Shown here: piece after piece, positions 60,207 to 64,000 of the stretch
Numbering within the stretch: the stretch's first letter is position 1
How the letters are laid out: every line of letters starts with the position of its first letter
NCBI RefSeq assembly: GCF_947504135.1
Contig: NZ_CANNGG010000006.1
Span: 43,927 to 107,926, forward strand
Source: an uncultured Tenacibaculum sp.
GTDB lineage: Bacteria; Bacteroidota; Bacteroidia; Flavobacteriales; Flavobacteriaceae
Direction of reading: 5' to 3'
DNA length: 64,000 nucleotides
Translations under genes and position numbers: made by a program
The notes under the pieces: model-generated
Seen by the model: only the letters and a program-made list of their open reading frames with translations
What the model was told of the DNA's origin: nothing
The model's database searches: none

Positions 60207-62526
60207 AAGTCAATATTTTACATATTAATTCTTTGGTTAACGGTTGTCCGTTAGCCGTTTTTTTGATGTTTTCAAAAGTAAACACAAAGTCACAACCATT
60301 TTTATACTCAGAACATCCATAGGCAGACTTACCTTTTAAAACAGTTCCTTTATTACATTTAGGGCAGGTTATTTTTTCACTGTGATTACGAGGAGTTTGT
60401 GACGAAGTAATCTTTTCTTTTGTAGTAATTCCTTTTTTTGGTTCAAATTTTAAATTGAAGTTATCATCAAAACGAACCAAACCTTCAACTTTTTTATCGT
60501 CTTGTTTGAAGCCTTTTAAATTGGTAGTACAACCTTTGTCAAGTAAACGAATTAGTTGGTTTTCGGATATTTTTTTGTCCATAAATTCAAAAGTCAGTGT
60601 AAAATCACAACCATTTTTATAAGCAGAACAGCCATAAGCAGCACTTCCTTTTAATAATTGACCTTTTTTACATTTTGGACATTCTTTACCAACAACGGTT
60701 TTCTTTTTAGAAGTTGTTTTTTTGGGCGGTTGTTTTGTTTTTTGAGCTTCGTAAGAAATTCGTTTGGTTTTAGAACTCGAACGAACTTCATAGACCAAAT
60801 CGTCTACCATTTTTTTCATTTGATTGATAAACGTAGCAGCGTGGTATTCACCACGTTCAATTTCCTTCAAACGTTTTTCCCAGAGCCCTGTTAATTCAGC
60901 AGACTTTAAAAGTTCATTGTCAATTAAATCAATTAAATCAATACCAGTTTGGGTAGGAATAATTAACTTTTTTTGGCGTTCAATATATTTTCTTCTAAAT
61001 AAGGTTTCAATAATACTCGCACGTGTAGATGGTCGTCCAATACCATTTTCTTTCATCAATTCACGCATTTCATCATCATCTACTTGCTTACCAGCAGTTT
61101 CCATGGCACGTAACAAGCTCGCTTCGGTATAATTACGAGGAGGTTTGGTTTCTTTTTCAAAAAAAGAAGGTTCGTGCGGACCTTTTTCCCCCTTTTCAAA
61201 AGTAGGAAGCACATCTTTCTCTTCTGTTTTTTTAGAATCATTTCCATGCTCAAAAACAACTCGCCAACCTTTAGTAAGTATTTCTTTTCCTGAAGTTCGA
61301 AAAGGCACTTTATCAGCTTCACCTTTAACTTCGGTTTTTGAAATATCGCTATCAGGATACAACACGGCAATAAATCGTTTTACAATAATATCATATACCT
61401 GTTGTTGGTTGTATTGCAGATTGATTTCTACTCCTGTAGGAATAATAGCATGGTGATCGGTAACTTTTTTATCGTTAAAAACTTTACTCGATTTACGTAT
61501 TTTTTTTCTTAATAAAGGTTGTGTTAACGAAGCATATTGTTTTAGTCCTTTTAAAATATTTGGAACCTTAGGATAAATATCATTCGGTAAAAAAGTAGTA
61601 TCCACTCTAGGGTATGTAACTACTTTCATTTCGTATAATTTCTGAACAATTTTTAAGGTTTCATCTGCTGAAAACCCAAATTTGTTGTTGCAGTATACTT
61701 GTAAACCTGTTAAGTCGAAAAGTTTTGGAGCGTATTCTTTTCCTTTTTTCTTAGTAACCAAGGTTATTTCAAAATCACTTTCTTTTACCTTGTCGGCAAA
61801 AGCTTGTCCGTCTTCTTTCTTTAAAAAGCGACCTTCTTCACAACTAAATAAAGTTTCACGATATTGCGTTTGTAACTCCCAATAAGGTTCAGGTTTAAAG
61901 TTTTGAATTTCCTTATAACGATCTACCAACATAGCTAGGGTAGGAGTTTGTACCCTACCAATAGATAACACTTGTTTGTAACCGCCAAATTTTACAGTGT
62001 ACAAACGAGTAGCATTTAAACCTAATAGCCAATCACCAATAGCACGAGAAAATCCCGCGTAATATAAATTATTATAATCGTCGTTGTCTTTTAGGTTTTC
62101 AAACCCTTCTTTAATTGCTTCTTCCGTTAGAGAAGAAATCCATAACCGTTGAATTTTACCTTTGTAATTTGCTTGATTGATAACCCATCGCTGAATAAGT
62201 TCTCCTTCTTGTCCAGCATCCCCGCAGTTAATGACTACATCAGCTTTTTCAAATAAAGACTTAACAATTTTGAACTGTTTCTGAATACCACTATCGTTGG
62301 TAACCTTAGTATCAAAACGTTCAGGAAGCATGGGTAGATTGTTCAAATCCCAACTTTTCCAGTGAGGCTTGTAGTCTTTAGGCTCTAAAAGTGTGCATAA
62401 ATGACCAAATGTATACGTAACTGCATAGCCGTTCCCTTCGAAATATCCATCTCGTTTGGTACTGGCTCCTAAGATATTAGCAATCTCACGGGCTACACTA
62501 GGTTTTTCGGCGATACAAACTTTCAT
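60199..62526 (-). CDS. topB: Type IA DNA topoisomerase (topoisomerase III-like) with two C-terminal Cys4 zinc-ribbon repeats
   Basis: IAEKPS, CGDAGQEGE, GRVQTPT, TYPRVD, GIGRPSTRA; CPKC..G...KG..AYGCS.YKNGCDF twice. Confidence 0.92.
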   Translation of the reverse strand: MKVCIAEKPSVAREIANILGASTKRDGYFEGNGYAVTYTFGHLCTLLEPKDYKPHWKSWDLNNLPMLPERFDTKVTNDSGIQKQFKIVKSLFEKADVVINCGDAGQEGELIQRWVINQANYKGKIQRLWISSLTEEAIKEGFENLKDNDDYNNLYYAGFSRAIGDWLLGLNATRLYTVKFGGYKQVLSIGRVQTPTLAMLVDRYKEIQNFKPEPYWELQTQYRETLFSCEEGRFLKKEDGQAFADKVKESDFEITLVTKKKGKEYAPKLFDLTGLQVYCNNKFGFSADETLKIVQKLYEMKVVTYPRVDTTFLPNDIYPKVPNILKGLKQYASLTQPLLRKKIRKSSKVFNDKKVTDHHAIIPTGVEINLQYNQQQVYDIIVKRFIAVLYPDSDISKTEVKGEADKVPFRTSGKEILTKGWRVVFEHGNDSKKTEEKDVLPTFEKGEKGPHEPSFFEKETKPPRNYTEASLLRAMETAGKQVDDDEMRELMKENGIGRPSTRASIIETLFRRKYIERQKKLIIPTQTGIDLIDLIDNELLKSAELTGLWEKRLKEIERGEYHAATFINQMKKMVDDLVYEVRSSSKTKRISYEAQKTKQPPKKTTSKKKTVVGKECPKCKKGQLLKGSAAYGCSAYKNGCDFTLTFEFMDKKISENQLIRLLDKGCTTNLKGFKQDDKKVEGLVRFDDNFNLKFEPKKGITTKEKITSSQTPRNHSEKITCPKCNKGTVLKGKSAYGCSEYKNGCDFVFTFENIKKTANGQPLTKELICKILTSK
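60381..60413 (-). repeat. Half REP-like element embedded in frame in topB
   Basis: Coding strand AGATTACTTCGTCACAAACTCCTCGTAATCACA aligns with the right arm of the 4584-4651 element (AGATTTTTCGTGTCTAATTTTCGTAATGACA). Confidence 0.6.
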
Positions 62527-62666
62527 GAAAGTAATTTAGAGGGTCGAAATTACTAAATTATTTATGAATGTAGAATCTTACTTTTTATAATACTTAATAT
62601 TTAAAATAGTTGGTATATTTAAAAAATAAAAAAATCGTTTTTAGCTATTTTTAAAAACAAAAAAGA

Positions 62667-64000
62667 ATGAAAATAACAGAACTTATAAAACCTAATACAT
62701 TTAATAACGAGAACCATTGGTACCCTAAGGTGCTGAATGCTACAATTCATCCAATGGTAAATTTTTTTTTAAATCTTGATAAAGAACGAATTATTGCTAG
62801 GTATTGTCACTTACATCCAAAAGTAAATGCAGAAAAGCTACGAGAAATTTTATCGTATGAATGTAAGTACTTTTTATGGGGGAGGAGCCGATTTAATTAA
62901 TTCAACTTCGGCTGAAGGAGATAAAAATATGGTCATAATCGAGAATAACTCATGTCCGTCAGGTCAGAAGTCAATGCCTTTATTAGACGACAATAAAGAA
63001 GATGGAGCTTATCGTTTACTGATAGAACGAACTTTCAAGCCTATTTTAGAAAAGAAACGAAAACTTGTTAAAGATGGTAGGCTGGCAGTGTTTTATGATA
63101 AAAACTATATGGAAACATCTGGTTATGCAGCCGTTATAGCAGATGTTTTTAAAGAAGATGTTTTTCTTGTGCCTTATTATTCAGACAAAGATAACAATCA
63201 TGTAAAAATAGAAAATGAAATCTTTTATCTAAAACAAGAAGATGAATGGATTCCGTTACGAGGTATTTTTAGATATGTAACCCAAAAACCATGGAATAGG
63301 TTCCCTATTAATAGTAAAACAAAGATTTTAAATCCGATTATTACCTGTTTGGCTGGTGGAAGAAATAAAATGGTTGCAGCCAAAGCATATGATATTTACA
63401 ATACAGAATTACAGGAATATGGAATGAAAATAAACATTCCAGATACTATTTGGGATGTAAGCAAGAATGAAATACCGTTATGGGTGAAAGAAATGGGAGG
63501 ACAAGCAGTAGTAAAAATTCCATATAGTAATGCCGGACAAGGGGTTTATACGATTGTTAATGAACAAGAGCTAGAAGAATTCATGAAGTTAGAAATCGAA
63601 TATGAACGTTTTATTGTACAAAGTTTAATAGGTAATTATAATTGGAGCTCAGTAAGTACAAAAGGCAAATATTACCATGTTGGTACAATGCCAAATGCTA
63701 AAGGAGAAACATTTGTGTCAGATATTCGTATGATGATTAGTAGTACAAAAGATGGGATAAAACCATTATGTATGTATTCGAGAAGAGCCTTGTTACCTTT
63801 GGAGAATGACTTAGAAACTAGTAAAGATTCTTGGCAAATGTTAGGGACTAACTTATCGGTTAAGTTAGGTGAAAATGAATGGACTTCAGACACTAATCGT
63901 TTGTTAATTATGGACAGAAGAGATTATAATAAACTAGGTTTAGGTATAGACGATTTAATAGAAACTTTTATACAAACTGTACTTTCTACCATTGCTATCG
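62667..64000 (+). pseudogene. Frameshifted uncharacterised ATP-grasp-like gene (runs off the window end)
   Basis: ORF 62667-62900 stops 6 codons after a G5 run (62878-82); the +1 frame from 62881 is open to 64000 (GGADLI...IENNSCPSGQKSMP...VKIPYSNAGQGV...FIVQSLI...DIRMMI); deleting one G joins the two. Confidence 0.8.

Noticed and set aside
23-63893. Many 60-180 aa ORFs antisense to or overlapping long genes (e.g. 32070-32546, 37591-38100, 52688-53233, 61080-61456, 63672-63893)
   Set aside because: They are shadow frames of well-supported genes, with no motifs or independent expression signals.
1-64000. CRISPR array, tRNA/rRNA, integrase, transposase, prophage or known defence genes
   Set aside because: I saw no repeat-spacer periodicity, cloverleaf or rRNA signatures, or recombinase/transposase motifs in the sequence or the ORF track.

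Overview
AT-rich, gene-dense bacterial chromosome segment. Gene content and order and recurring TAnnTTTG promoter boxes point to a marine Flavobacteriaceae genome (Tenacibaculum/Polaribacter-like; inferred, no search run). It is mostly core genome: ptrB, two cysteine-synthase/CBS paralogues, lipA, murB, valS, guaB, parE/parC, uvrD/pcrA, murA, grpE-dnaJ, rnpB, two aconitases, a sirtuin, trmH and topB. I found no CRISPR array, tRNA, rRNA, integrase, transposase or prophage. The best leads are small-scale. (1) A SatD-DUF3307 gene pair sits behind three 20-bp operator-like units with an exact 28-bp period. (2) The 3' end of a cysK-like gene occurs three times, each copy starting a module next to an orphan secreted gene or a remnant of one, giving a cassette-like array. 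(3) Two candidate sRNAs share an anti-start-codon UUUUCAU core; one has a sigma54-type promoter. (4) Half of a REP-like palindrome is embedded in frame in topB. (5) A GT2 with degenerate catalytic motifs overlaps an ECF sigma gene. (6) Two paralogous microproteins lie between parE and parC. (7) A porin/FMN-binding locus carries Fur-like boxes. (8) An uncharacterised, apparently circularly permuted ATP-grasp gene is split by a +1 frameshift in a G5 run. Family assignments come from motif recognition, not database searches.
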